A stretch of 64,000 nucleotides of DNA, from positions 960,001-1,024,000 of the forward strand of contig OZ251518.1 of NCBI GenBank assembly GCA_965242965.1. The letters run 5' to 3'. The notes under the pieces were generated by a model, which saw only the letters and a program-made list of their open reading frames with translations, did no database searches and was not told the DNA's origin. The translations under genes were made by a program, and so were the position numbers. This document shows positions 37,103 through 46,731 of the stretch, piece after piece (position 1 is the stretch's first letter; each line of letters begins with the position of its first letter). This DNA comes from Candidatus Poribacteria bacterium. GTDB taxonomy: Bacteria > Poribacteria > WGA-4E > WGA-3G.

Positions 37103-38695
37103 ATGAAAAAGTTTGGCATCCGCGGTCCCGTGATACCGGCGGAGCACTACGTTGTGTCGCGGACTACGGAAATCGCTGATTTCATCGCACGGATGCAAGA
37201 AGGACATTACATCGTCCTCTTTGCGCCGCGCCAAACAGGCAAGACGACGTTCTTCAGGAATGCCCTTGCCGCGCTCACAGCGGAAGAAAAAGGGGCCTAT
37301 TTCCCGATTCATCTCAATTTTGAAATTTATGAAGACTGCAGCTCTACCGAGTTTTACAAAGGGTTCTCCGATCATATTCTCAAAGAGATTGCGGGTGTTT
37401 TTCAGCGGGAAGGAGAAAAGCCGCCGGAGGCACTAACGACACTTTTGGAAAACACAAAACTGACGAATGCGCTCTCGATGAGAAGATTCTTTACGCAACT
37501 AGGGCAATTGTTAACCCCGCGGCGGTTTGTCCTCATTATTGACGAGTTTGCTGCTATTCCGCCGACAGCCGTGAAAGGCTTCCTCCGCACTCTCCGGCAT
37601 ATTTATCTTTCGGGAAAACCTCGATGCCCGCATAGCGTTGGGATTGTCGGCGTTAAGAACATCACGCAGCTAAACTACGATAGGACTATCTCGCCGTTCA
37701 ATATCCAAGAGCAGTTTTATTTGCCGAACTTCACCCGTGCTCAAGTGCAGGAGTTGCTCGAACAATATACGGCCGAGGTCGGACAACGCTTTGAACCTGA
37801 AGTTATCACGGCACTGCACCGGCAAACGGCAGGGCAGCCGTTCCTTGTAAACCGAGCGGCGCAGATACTCACCGAAGAGTTAGACGTGCCAAAGACGTTG
37901 CCGATAACGCCGGCGCATTGGGCGAAGGCACACGCCGCTCTGCTTGAGGAAGACAACGTCAATTTCGCGCATCTCACTACCAATGTCCGCCGAGACCCGA
38001 GATTTGGCAGGTTCCTGATGCGAGTCACGTCTTACGATGAAGGCGTTCGCTTCAACCTGCGGCGCGAGATTATTGATGAATTGGCAACCTACGGTGTCAT
38101 TTCAAAAGGCTCTGATGGGATGTGTGAGATTGCTAATCCGATGTATCATTATGTCATCCTGCAGACGTTTGAACCTGAATTCAACGGGTTGGAGCATGAG
38201 TATTTCCGCAAGGACACCGGCGACAGTTTCCGGGGTTACCTCACCGCTACCGGGCAGATTGCGATGGCGCGGTTGTTAGAGAACTTCTGCGATTTTATCG
38301 CGCGCGCAGGGTTCCGAATCCTCCAAGTGCCGGCGTTGCCGCAGGAGTATATTGGACAGCATCTGTTGTTTGCGTATCTGGATAATTTCGTGCGTCAGGT
38401 GCATGGGACAATTCATATTGAGGTGCCGACAGGACGGGGCCGGATGGATGTGCTGGTGACGCACAATCTGCGCAAATACATCGTTGAGACAAAGATTTGG
38501 CAAGGAGAGCAATCTTATCGGGCTGGCAAGCGGCAATTGGCGGCTTACCTCAAATTGGAAGATGCTTTGGAGGGCTACTACGTTGTGTTCGATCACCGTT
38601 CGGAACCCGTGCCGCGCGTGGAGACAGAGACAGTGGACGGTCTCACTATTCGGAGTTATGTGATTCCTGTGGTGCAAGCGCGGCCTTCTGATTGA
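37103..38695 (+). CDS. AAA-like (AAA_35/STAND-type) ATPase with C-terminal PD-(D/E)xK nuclease domain
   Basis: APRQTGKT, LIIDEF, SPFNI, GQPFLVN; EVPTGRGRMDVL...IVETKIW...QLAAYL. Confidence 0.85.
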   Translation: MKKFGIRGPVIPAEHYVVSRTTEIADFIARMQEGHYIVLFAPRQTGKTTFFRNALAALTAEEKGAYFPIHLNFEIYEDCSSTEFYKGFSDHILKEIAGVFQREGEKPPEALTTLLENTKLTNALSMRRFFTQLGQLLTPRRFVLIIDEFAAIPPTAVKGFLRTLRHIYLSGKPRCPHSVGIVGVKNITQLNYDRTISPFNIQEQFYLPNFTRAQVQELLEQYTAEVGQRFEPEVITALHRQTAGQPFLVNRAAQILTEELDVPKTLPITPAHWAKAHAALLEEDNVNFAHLTTNVRRDPRFGRFLMRVTSYDEGVRFNLRREIIDELATYGVISKGSDGMCEIANPMYHYVILQTFEPEFNGLEHEYFRKDTGDSFRGYLTATGQIAMARLLENFCDFIARAGFRILQVPALPQEYIGQHLLFAYLDNFVRQVHGTIHIEVPTGRGRMDVLVTHNLRKYIVETKIWQGEQSYRAGKRQLAAYLKLEDALEGYYVVFDHRSEPVPRVETETVDGLTIRSYVIPVVQARPSD

Positions 38696-38704
38696 AATTC
38701 AGTT

Positions 38705-38935
38705 GGGGGGTTCTTAACGTAGGACGAGGGCCTGTCCCTCGTCATGCGTCTTGCTGTCAGAGCGCATCACCTCTGTAGGGCAAGATCGTCTGAAGTTCTG
38801 GCATACCTGCCAAACGATCCTGAACCGTTCGGGAGCGGGCACTCCCGAACTACAGAGGTGGGCCCGATGCCTTTCGGTATTCGCCCTCCCCCCAAGGGGG
38901 AAATAAATACCGAAACGGAGTTATGAAACACCCTC
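38705..38935. mobile_element. MITE copy F (variant end GGGGGGTTCTTAAC)
   Basis: Ends TTATGAAACACCCTC; subterminal sequence is the reverse complement of the start of copies A/B. Confidence 0.7.
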
Positions 38936-38944
38936 ACCTGAAAA

Positions 38945-39242
38945 GTGGGGCACGGCGAGGGACAGGCCCTCGCCCTACGGTGGGGCGGCAGCGTTCGTAG
39001 GCGAGACCTCCCGGTCTCGATTTCTTCCATGCAGGCCCTCGCCCTACGGGGGAGATGGCGGCACTTGAAAAGCAAAGCACGGCGAGGGACAGGCCATCGC
39101 CCTACGGTGGGGGCGGCAGCGTTCGTAGGAGAGACCTCCCGGTCTCGATTTCTTCCATGCAGGCCCTCGCCCTACGGGGGAGGAGGCATCTGAAAAGCGA
39201 AGCATGGCGAGGGACAGGCCATCGCCCTACGGTGGGGGCGGC
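38945..39242. repeat. Tandem duplication of an approximately 130-bp REP composite
   Basis: Unit containing GGCGAGGGACAGGCC.TCGCCCTAC and GTAGG.GAGACCTCCCGGTCTCGA present about 2.3 times. Confidence 0.85.
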
Positions 39243-39273
39243 ATCTGACGGGGGACGCGGAATGAATTGGGGA

Positions 39274-40449
39274 TTACTGTCGGGCATGTTGCGAGGCCGC
39301 TGGCGCGCGATATGAAACCGCAAGATGCGGTGTCTCTAATTGCCGATATCCCTGCATACGAGAGGTGAGACAACTCTCCAAGATGCCGCTAACGAGCATT
39401 GTCCGTTCCGCTGGATATGGCGCAACGCCGGTTTTGAACAACTCCTCTATCTTCGCTATGAGGCACGCCGAATAGGTGACGTTCGGGGTAGGCGTTAATA
39501 AAAACTGCGTTGACACCGGCACAGGATTATTCTTCAACCGCGCGGCGAAGCAGTAGTCTCGCACCGCGCCGTTGAGCATGAGGAGCGTCGCTTTCAAGCC
39601 ATCTTCGTAATAGATGAAGTAAGCGGACGGATTTTCGACTAGGGTTTTCAATGCGCCGCTGCCGAGCAGGTCTTGCGTTCTCCCATCCTCTAGCGTCAAT
39701 CCGCACGGCGTATCGCTTCGGGAGAGCGCGGCTTCTAAGAGTTCGTGCGAAAACGCACCGGCTTCTTCCCAAACGGCATCACCTTCAAGCATTTGGACGG
39801 CATACACGCCGGTTTCGCCGCCTTTTCGGCGTTCGAGCATGCACTGCATCGCTTCCAAGGCGTGATAATCCATCGGGTCTGAGCCGCCTACGCCTACCAT
39901 AAGCGCGCTGACTATCTCGGACTCCAGCGGCAATTCGACATCGGGCAGCCGCCACGTGACAGGGAGCGATGAGCCGGCGAGCAAGCCGAAACCGAGTCGC
40001 TGCGCATCGGCAACCATCTCCTGTGCTTTCTCGAAACTATAGGAGAGGTGCTTGTCGTTGAAGATAGGCACGGCGCGTCCATCTTCCTCAAATACCTTGA
40101 CGCACGCCTTGAAAAATTCATATCGCGGGTAAAGCACCTGTCCTTTTTCGTTGGTGGGATACTCGCCGTGTTCACCGATGAGCAACACCGCATCAACGGC
40201 GAGTTTATCGCCGCCGCATCGGAGTGCTTCGGCGATGGTGGGATAGACAGCGAAGCCGAATTCACGGGCGCGTTCTTCCCCCTGGTCTCCTTCTGGCCGC
40301 TGATCAACGTAGAGAGAGACGATTTTCATATCTGGACGGTGCCACCTGCCTTCGCGCGGATAGCCGACGAGAAACCGGTCGGCGAAGTGTTGCGCGTGGG
40401 ATAGGTAACGGTAAACGGTAGTGATAACCGCGATGCGTTGGGTAGCCAT
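39274..40449 (-). CDS. Conserved hypothetical protein (Gfo/Idh/MocA-like fold), paralogue 2
   Basis: LLIGEHGEYP.NEKGQ.LYPRY, FNDKHLS, AGSSLPVTWR, YHALE, YPAERT. Confidence 0.75.
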   Translation of the reverse strand: MATQRIAVITTVYRYLSHAQHFADRFLVGYPREGRWHRPDMKIVSLYVDQRPEGDQGEERAREFGFAVYPTIAEALRCGGDKLAVDAVLLIGEHGEYPTNEKGQVLYPRYEFFKACVKVFEEDGRAVPIFNDKHLSYSFEKAQEMVADAQRLGFGLLAGSSLPVTWRLPDVELPLESEIVSALMVGVGGSDPMDYHALEAMQCMLERRKGGETGVYAVQMLEGDAVWEEAGAFSHELLEAALSRSDTPCGLTLEDGRTQDLLGSGALKTLVENPSAYFIYYEDGLKATLLMLNGAVRDYCFAARLKNNPVPVSTQFLLTPTPNVTYSACLIAKIEELFKTGVAPYPAERTMLVSGILESCLTSRMQGYRQLETPHLAVSYRAPAASQHARQ

Positions 40450-41678
40450 TAGTTCCTCCAAAAAGTCGACTCTTCTGTCGCTTGATAGACAATGTCAAGG
40501 TGCGGTGTTTCCTGCCGCGCGCCATCTGCAAAGAGACTCTCCACGCCTGCCGCTACGAGTCCTGTCGTTAGCAGCGTCCGTTCAACGGGATAGGTTGCCT
40601 TGCCGGTTATGAACATCTGCTCAACGTTGTTGACGAGAGGCGAGAAGAAGTTTGCCAACGTCGTCCGTGCGGGCGGCATTGGGAGATACATCTGCGTGGA
40701 TAACACGGCGTTGTCGTTTCCGATGTAGGCGGCGAAGTTGAAGTCCTGCACCAATCCGTTCATTAGAATCATGGTGGATTTCAGTCCATCGCAATGTTCG
40801 TAGTGATACGCAATCGGTTCGGGGACAATCTCCTTCATTTCGTCTAACGTTGGGAACGTATTGTTAAACCCGGCGCGTGCCGGTGTCAGCGTATGACTGC
40901 GGCAGAGTGCAGATTCAAAGAGTTCGCGGGACCAGAGTCGGGTGTGGTGTGCCTCCCAAAACGCGTCGCCGCGGTATGCCTTCAGCCATTTCACGCCGGT
41001 TTCCCCGCCTTCGCGTCGTTCCACCATGCATTGCAGCGTCTCTAGTGCATGGAAATCGTAACTATCCACGCCGCCGTATCCGACGCACACTGCTTCAGTG
41101 ACTGGGGTGCCGAGAGGCATCTCAATAGCGGGGGTGCGCCACGTTACGGGCAGCGAAGAGCCCGCCATGAACGCGAACGCCATTGATTGCGAGATGTCGT
41201 ACATTTCACGCGCCCAGTCCCAGTTCCATGAAAGGTGTTTGTCATTGAAAACTGGCACGCCGCGTCCGCTTTTCTCAAAGACCTCCGCCACCTGCTTGAA
41301 ATGTTCGTAGCGCGGATAGAGGCGTTGTCCCTTCTCATTGGTGGGATACTCGCCGTGTTCACCGATGAGGAGGACACCGTCCACGGCTAATTCTTCACCG
41401 CCGCGCGTCAACGTTTCCGCAATGGTGGGATAGGATTCCACAAGTGGGTAACGTTCTAGGCGTTCACCGCTCAAGTCATTTTCTCCTACCTGTTCCACGT
41501 GGAGGGAGATCAGATCCATCTTGGGATAATGGTGTCGGCTGTTCCAGCCGTAGCCGTCCAAAAACCTGTCAACGATGTGTTGCGCATGCGAGTATTTGTG
41601 GTAAATTGTCGCAATTGCGGCGATTTTTGGCCGGAATTGATAAGCTTCTCTAAAAGGCATAGTTTGTTTCCTTGTCAT
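40449..41678 (-). CDS. Conserved hypothetical protein (Gfo/Idh/MocA-like fold), paralogue 1
   Basis: Same motifs as 39274-40449; TAATG-coupled to it; ORF-track N-terminus (41804) is REP-derived. Confidence 0.75.
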   Translation of the reverse strand: MTRKQTMPFREAYQFRPKIAAIATIYHKYSHAQHIVDRFLDGYGWNSRHHYPKMDLISLHVEQVGENDLSGERLERYPLVESYPTIAETLTRGGEELAVDGVLLIGEHGEYPTNEKGQRLYPRYEHFKQVAEVFEKSGRGVPVFNDKHLSWNWDWAREMYDISQSMAFAFMAGSSLPVTWRTPAIEMPLGTPVTEAVCVGYGGVDSYDFHALETLQCMVERREGGETGVKWLKAYRGDAFWEAHHTRLWSRELFESALCRSHTLTPARAGFNNTFPTLDEMKEIVPEPIAYHYEHCDGLKSTMILMNGLVQDFNFAAYIGNDNAVLSTQMYLPMPPARTTLANFFSPLVNNVEQMFITGKATYPVERTLLTTGLVAAGVESLFADGARQETPHLDIVYQATEESTFWRN

Positions 41679-41734
41679 GCGATGTTCGCGGCGGACAGAG
41701 CCTCCGCGCCACGGTACGGTATCGTATTTTTTAC

Positions 41735-41930
41735 GTAGGGCGAGGGCCTGTCCCTCGCCATGCAGCGATCGCGGGGGACAGGCCCCCGCGCTACGTTTCT
41801 TCATTGCGATCGCGGGGGACAGGCCCCCGCGCTACGGTAACGGGCGGTTTTCTTCACGTTCGCGGGGGAAACCCGCTCGGATGCGCGTGTGGCATCCGAG
41901 GGCCCCCGCGCTACGGTAACGGGCGGTTTT
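41735..41930. repeat. REP cluster including a loop-insert variant
   Basis: Four REP hairpins. Confidence 0.8.
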
Positions 41931-41933
41931 CTT

Positions 41934-42800
41934 CTATTCTCCCCATCGTTGGGGGCCGGGACCGGGTTGATGTTCATCACGGATACGCTTAAATTCTGCA
42001 GGCGAAGTGATGGCGGCTTCGGGTTGCTTCCGGCTGCGCGCGAGGAAGCCTGCTTCGGGTTGATACCCAGTCGGTTTGGAAGCGTCCTGATAGCGCGCGT
42101 CAACACTCCATCGAACCTGATTGCTGACGTTCGGGATGGAACGATGCGGTGTCAGATTCGTGAATAGTAGCACACTGCCAAAGTCAACAGGAACGATTAC
42201 GGGTTCCACATCGGGTAGCGCATCCGGCGGAATGTCCAGATAAGGCTTGCCTTCGAGGCGGCGGTGCCGGAAAACGCCGTCGCGATGCGCATGCGGAATG
42301 ACTTCCAGGCATCCGTTTTCTACCGTAGCATCGATGAGCGGAATCCAAATCGTAAGTTGCAACACCGTATCGCACGCCGGTTCCATATAACCTGCGTCTT
42401 GGTGCCACGGGACGAGCGTTCTGTCGTGTTCCGGGAGTTTTGGACGGACGCGATATGCGGGGTGACACATAATCTCAGGGCCGACAAGCGACTCGGCGAT
42501 GTCCAATAGTTTTGAATTGACGAGTAAATCGAAGAGGGCAGGCCCCGTGTGCGCGCCGCTGAACAACTTCTGGAATACCACGGGTGATTGTTCCGTGATT
42601 TTCGCCAAGCGGGTATCAAACCCTTCCGTTTCAAACGGAGCGTCTAGTTTGCCGTTTTTATGGAGTTGTGTCGCGAATGTGTCGACAATCTCCTCGAATT
42701 CGGCGATGAGCGGGTTCAGATCTTCGGATGCAAGGGCGTTTTCTACGAGGAGATAGCCGTTGTCGTTGAAATTCTGGATTTGGGTATTGCTTAAGATCAT
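41934..42800 (-). CDS. Phytanoyl-CoA dioxygenase (PhyH) family 2OG-Fe(II) oxygenase
   Basis: FNDNGYL, VPWHQDAGY (HxD), WIPLIDATVENGCL, TPHRSIPN...RWSVD. Confidence 0.9.
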   Translation of the reverse strand: MILSNTQIQNFNDNGYLLVENALASEDLNPLIAEFEEIVDTFATQLHKNGKLDAPFETEGFDTRLAKITEQSPVVFQKLFSGAHTGPALFDLLVNSKLLDIAESLVGPEIMCHPAYRVRPKLPEHDRTLVPWHQDAGYMEPACDTVLQLTIWIPLIDATVENGCLEVIPHAHRDGVFRHRRLEGKPYLDIPPDALPDVEPVIVPVDFGSVLLFTNLTPHRSIPNVSNQVRWSVDARYQDASKPTGYQPEAGFLARSRKQPEAAITSPAEFKRIRDEHQPGPGPQRWGE

Positions 42801-43141
42801 AATTGCACCAATTCGATGAGGATGCCGTCCGGGGCTTTCGCGCAAACAACACCGGTAGCATCCGGGGCACTGATAGGTTTGGATAGAAATTCTACGCCGT
42901 TTCGTTTCAGGTTTTCCACCGTTGTTTCGATATCCTCTACAAAAAAGGTGAGCCAACGCACGCCTGCGGTGAACGCTTCGGTTGGCGTGGGCGGCGGCGA
43001 TGCGATGTCCATCAGTTTGATGAGCGTGTTGCCTGCCTTGAGGCGCGTCTGCCGAAAACCTGTAGGTGCGAGGCCAACTTCGGTTGCTAGCGTTTCGGGA
43101 ATTTCCAATTCTAATACAATCTCAAACCCTAACTTTTGGTG
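42797..43141 (-). pseudogene. VOC/glyoxalase family gene, 3' part (interrupted by the tnpB element)
   Basis: HQKLGFE...WLTFFVEDIE...APDGILIELVQ; joins in frame with 44623-44697. Confidence 0.9.
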
Positions 43142-43154
43142 TTGACATACTCCC

Positions 43155-44417
43155 TCACGCTGAAGCGGCGGGATGCTGATAGTTAGAATCCCCGCAGCGG
43201 GTGAGCGGATTGTGCAGTCTCGGAACAGGTGTGTTCCTGCGACGATTGCTGGCGATGGCCAGTCTGACATCGTCTAATACAAAGGTTGATGTCCCAACCT
43301 TGAGGATATTAATGGCGGCGTTCACGTCTCTGTCGTGTTTTCGCTTGCACCCCGAACACTGCCACTTGCGAACGTTCAGTTCTATCAGTGCATCGAGTTG
43401 TCCACAAACGGAACAGGTTTTAGATGTCGGTTCCCATCTGTCAATGTAGACAACCTGCTTGTCATGCTTCGCGGCTTGGTGTTTCATTTTCAGGTGAAAC
43501 GCATGCGGCGCGATGTCTGATACCTTGCGTCCCCAGAGGCGTTTCATACCTTCAAAGGTTAACGTCTCAAAGACAAGCGCGTCGTAAGTGAGCGCGAGGT
43601 GCTTTGCAAGTTTCCACTGATGGTCTTCACGTTGTCGGCGTATTTTCCGATGACACCTTGCAACGTCATGCCGCGCGCGTTCGCGGTTACCACTGCCTTT
43701 CTTTTTTGAGGACAGGGCGCGCTGCACTGTTGCAAGTTTGGATTGCGATTGCTGATAGAATTCAGGCGAGACGTGGCTCGTGCCATTGCTACAGGTGAAC
43801 ATCGTTTTGATGCCGAAGTCAAACCCTGCAGCATGACCTGTCTTGGGCGTAACTTCGGTTGCGACGTAGTCTGTAACAACGGAGAGATACACATCACCTA
43901 AACTGTCAACTTTCACGGTAACCGTTTTGACGTTTCCGCGTATCGGGCGCGAGAGATTAAATCGGTAGTGTTTACCCTTGATACGCACCCTATCGCCGTA
44001 AAATCCAATGTCGGGTTCGTTGACATCGTCCGGTGGCCAGTCACAAGCACCGCCACTGAATTTGTAGCCCGACGGTGACATCGTGAATGAGTAAGGTCTC
44101 TTCCACGATTTGAACTTCGGCGGCCGTTTGGCGATGCCGTTGAAAAACCGCTCGTATCCACGATGAAGACGCATTAGGATATCGCGCGCCGCCCAACTAT
44201 CTAGTTCGCGCCAGCGCGCGAAGAAGTCGGGGTGCGCGTTGCGGAGTATCGTAAACTCACGGGACATCGCGTGGAAGTTCATATACGGCAAGCCGAGCGA
44301 ATGACGCATACGCTGCCAGCCGAGAAAGTAGTTCCAAAGTTGGCGTGCCGTGTGCGTGTGTTCAACGAGATGTTTCAGCCGTTTGGAACGGAAAAGTTTG
44401 TATTTCGTCGTTTGCAT
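43155..44417 (-). CDS. tnpB: RNA-guided endonuclease TnpB (canonical D-E-D RuvC, intact zinc finger)
   Basis: AGFDFGIK, LVFETL, PTSKTCSVCG...WQCSGC...HDRDVNAAINI. Confidence 0.92.
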   Translation of the reverse strand: MQTTKYKLFRSKRLKHLVEHTHTARQLWNYFLGWQRMRHSLGLPYMNFHAMSREFTILRNAHPDFFARWRELDSWAARDILMRLHRGYERFFNGIAKRPPKFKSWKRPYSFTMSPSGYKFSGGACDWPPDDVNEPDIGFYGDRVRIKGKHYRFNLSRPIRGNVKTVTVKVDSLGDVYLSVVTDYVATEVTPKTGHAAGFDFGIKTMFTCSNGTSHVSPEFYQQSQSKLATVQRALSSKKKGSGNRERARHDVARCHRKIRRQREDHQWKLAKHLALTYDALVFETLTFEGMKRLWGRKVSDIAPHAFHLKMKHQAAKHDKQVVYIDRWEPTSKTCSVCGQLDALIELNVRKWQCSGCKRKHDRDVNAAINILKVGTSTFVLDDVRLAIASNRRRNTPVPRLHNPLTRCGDSNYQHPAASA

Positions 44418-44519
44418 TGTGTTACCCTGTGCCATGTGATGCCCGTTTTCTAAATCGGGTGGCGAGAGCGGCGGCACGAGCGTGCCGTTAGAAAATCTCT
44501 CGCCCACACGGTAACACAC

Positions 44520-44548
44520 ATTATACGCAATTCGACATGAAAAGTCAA
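44520..44548 (-). promoter_or_regulatory. tnpB promoter
   Basis: TTGACT-17 bp-TATAAT about 100 bp upstream of the tnpB ATG. Confidence 0.75.
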
Positions 44549-44622
44549 TGTTAATCAACATGCCAACTCATTAGCGATTTCTACATCCCCAGAACAGCAT
44601 GGGGTTGAAATCGGGGAGTTCA

Positions 44623-44697
44623 ATAAAAGTTGAGGGATTCGGCGAAGTTACTACATGTAATGGCGATATCCACTGTAGGATGTGATAGGTTGAGCAC
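44623..44697 (-). pseudogene. VOC/glyoxalase family gene, 5' part (25 codons)
   Basis: SD AAAGGAG, GTG start, MLNLSHPTVDIAITCSNFAESLNFY. Confidence 0.88.
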
Positions 44698-44727
44698 GAG
44701 TTTTTATCTCCTTTGAGGATGTCGGGG

Positions 44728-46584
44728 TTACAACCCCCGCCTCCCGGGGATGCAGAAGATTGCTTCCCGAAATTGACCAAGGGGCCGCGCATCGTAGATG
44801 ATGTCTACCGGGATGACAATCCGTTCGGAATGTTCAACCTGCATCGCAGGGATGGGGATGGAAAAATCGATATGTCCATTCCTCTTCGGTGGAATGGTTG
44901 TTTCTGCGTGCCCGATTTCTATCTCCCACTCCGTTGGAAGAATCGGTTGTGCAATCGCGATACGCGGTTCAGACGAGTGATTCGTGATGTCCACGCGCAA
45001 TGCTGCAGTTTCTCCCGGTGCAACCTCTTGCTCATAAGGATAACAGCGTGCCCAATGTGCGTCCGTACCGTAGTTGGCGTGTTCCCAGGGGAAAAGCGCG
45101 GTATAGCATTTCTCGCGCTCGGCGAGGTTGCACAGCATCCACTCAATCTCTGCATCGGTAAAATTGAGAGCCGATTTGACGTGACAGTTGAACATGTGCG
45201 TCGGCTTGAGTTGTTGAATCAGGCGCAGACATTTTTCGTAACCGACACCTTCTCCTAACAGATTCCGATTGCCGGCGCAGTAATCGTCGATGCCTGCCAT
45301 GGTGAAAGAATCGCCAGCGAAGAACATCCGCACGTCGCGTCCTTCAACGAGCAGTCCGCCGTGATAGTAGGTTTGCCCCGGAAAATGGTATGCTGTCATC
45401 GTGAATTCGTTCCACTGCCACGAATCGCTGTCCTGTGTGGTTCTGTCAATTCGCGCGATAACAGGCGAGATGCAGGGAATCCTGAATCCTTTCGGGTTTT
45501 CAATGACTTCTGCCACCACTGCATCCGTGAGCGTTTCACAAGGAAAAATCTCCTGAAATTCGGGGATGGCATTGACGTGGTCATCGTGATAGTGCGTTAT
45601 CCAGAACTGCGTTACTTCTGAAATCTCGCGTTCGGCTTGCATCCGCTGAATCTGTTTGATAACGGCGGGCGCGCCGCAGTCCATCACGAACGCTTCACCT
45701 GTCTGGGAGATAATCAACCATGTTGTCCCGAAGTGTCGTAAGAATTCCGGCGGTGGTTTGCCTTCGCGAATTGGCATGTGGCCCGCGCGTCCCTCAAATT
45801 CGGTAAATAATTTTGGGAAGTAGTGCCGAAGTGCCGAGATAGCGACATATTTATCATAACATATCCCCAATTGCCGTTCAAGGTTATCTATTGCGCGCCC
45901 CGGGGTGTGCATCACGTTGCCGTGCGTTGGGATAAGTGCAGTTGGCTGGTTTTGGCGAATTTTCTCCAGACTCGCCATCACTTCTGTGCGTGCACCGAGG
46001 AACCCGTGGTAGCCGCCGATTTTCTGCGCGTTCACTTCTTCCGCTTTTTGGAGGCTATAGAGCTCCCAAAGTTTGCCATCGTCGTAAATCAGATCTCCGG
46101 AGAAGGCGAATCGTGCGTTATCAACATCGATGAGGTAGGTGACGCTTTCATCGGTGTGCCCCGGCGTTTCAAGCACACGAATTGTCGCGTCTCCCCACGC
46201 AAATTGTGAACCTTCGGTATAGGTATCCGTTACGCGGATGGAATTCGCAAGCATCAGGTGATGCGGCCGATAGTTATAGAGGTGCCAGCGGTGTTTTGCG
46301 TCGTTCCAGAACGTTTCTACCTTAGCGAACCACTGCTGTCCTTTCGCTGGCACACCGACGCGCGCATCGTTTGGTATCGGAAAACCGGCGACGTTATCGC
46401 GATGGTGGTGTGTAAATAGCACGTGCGCGACCTCGGCGATGTCCAATGCCGCGAGCGTCGTCTGCATCGCGCTTCCGCTCGGGTCGATGAGGAGCGCACG
46501 GTTTCCATCGCGGAGAATGCCGGTGTTGACATGTCCGTGATGAATGGAAAGATGTTGGCTGATTTGAGTCACACGGGTTTCCAT
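44728..46584 (-). CDS. Tandem metallo-beta-lactamase-fold hydrolase
   Basis: THHHRD..TPGHT..FSGD..PTHG and THYHDDH..FPGQT..FAGD..NCH. Confidence 0.85.
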   Translation of the reverse strand: METRVTQISQHLSIHHGHVNTGILRDGNRALLIDPSGSAMQTTLAALDIAEVAHVLFTHHHRDNVAGFPIPNDARVGVPAKGQQWFAKVETFWNDAKHRWHLYNYRPHHLMLANSIRVTDTYTEGSQFAWGDATIRVLETPGHTDESVTYLIDVDNARFAFSGDLIYDDGKLWELYSLQKAEEVNAQKIGGYHGFLGARTEVMASLEKIRQNQPTALIPTHGNVMHTPGRAIDNLERQLGICYDKYVAISALRHYFPKLFTEFEGRAGHMPIREGKPPPEFLRHFGTTWLIISQTGEAFVMDCGAPAVIKQIQRMQAEREISEVTQFWITHYHDDHVNAIPEFQEIFPCETLTDAVVAEVIENPKGFRIPCISPVIARIDRTTQDSDSWQWNEFTMTAYHFPGQTYYHGGLLVEGRDVRMFFAGDSFTMAGIDDYCAGNRNLLGEGVGYEKCLRLIQQLKPTHMFNCHVKSALNFTDAEIEWMLCNLAEREKCYTALFPWEHANYGTDAHWARCYPYEQEVAPGETAALRVDITNHSSEPRIAIAQPILPTEWEIEIGHAETTIPPKRNGHIDFSIPIPAMQVEHSERIVIPVDIIYDARPLGQFREAIFCIPGRRGL

Positions 46585-46731
46585 TGGGTATCCTCACTAA
46601 AAGTGTTTCCTGTCGTGCGTTCGTGAGTTGGCGGGGGACAGGCCCCCGCCCTACGTTCTCTGGGGTATTTGTGAGATGGCGGGGGACAGGCCCCCGCCCT
46701 ACGTTACCCCAGGGAATTTCGCATAATAGGT

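Larger units (their letters stand above)
43142..44622 (-). mobile_element. Non-autonomous IS200/IS605-family (IS1341-like) element, tnpB only, 1481 bp
   Basis: Inserted 3' of TTTAT with no TSD; left-end hairpin CGATTTC..CCCCA/TGGGG..GAAATCG; right end ATCCCGCCGCTTCAGCGTGAGGGAGTATGTCAA. Confidence 0.92.

Noticed and set aside
44440-44510. HDV-like ribozyme in the tnpB leader
   Set aside because: Stem order is superficially similar, but the P1.1 CC/GG pairing and canonical P3/L3 geometry are missing; kept only as an unknown structure
43142-44622. IStron (group I intron-IS chimera) that would splice out of the VOC mRNA
   Set aside because: Only about 200 nt precede tnpB, no recognisable P7 core, and the element ends in TCAA rather than the terminal G needed for group I splicing
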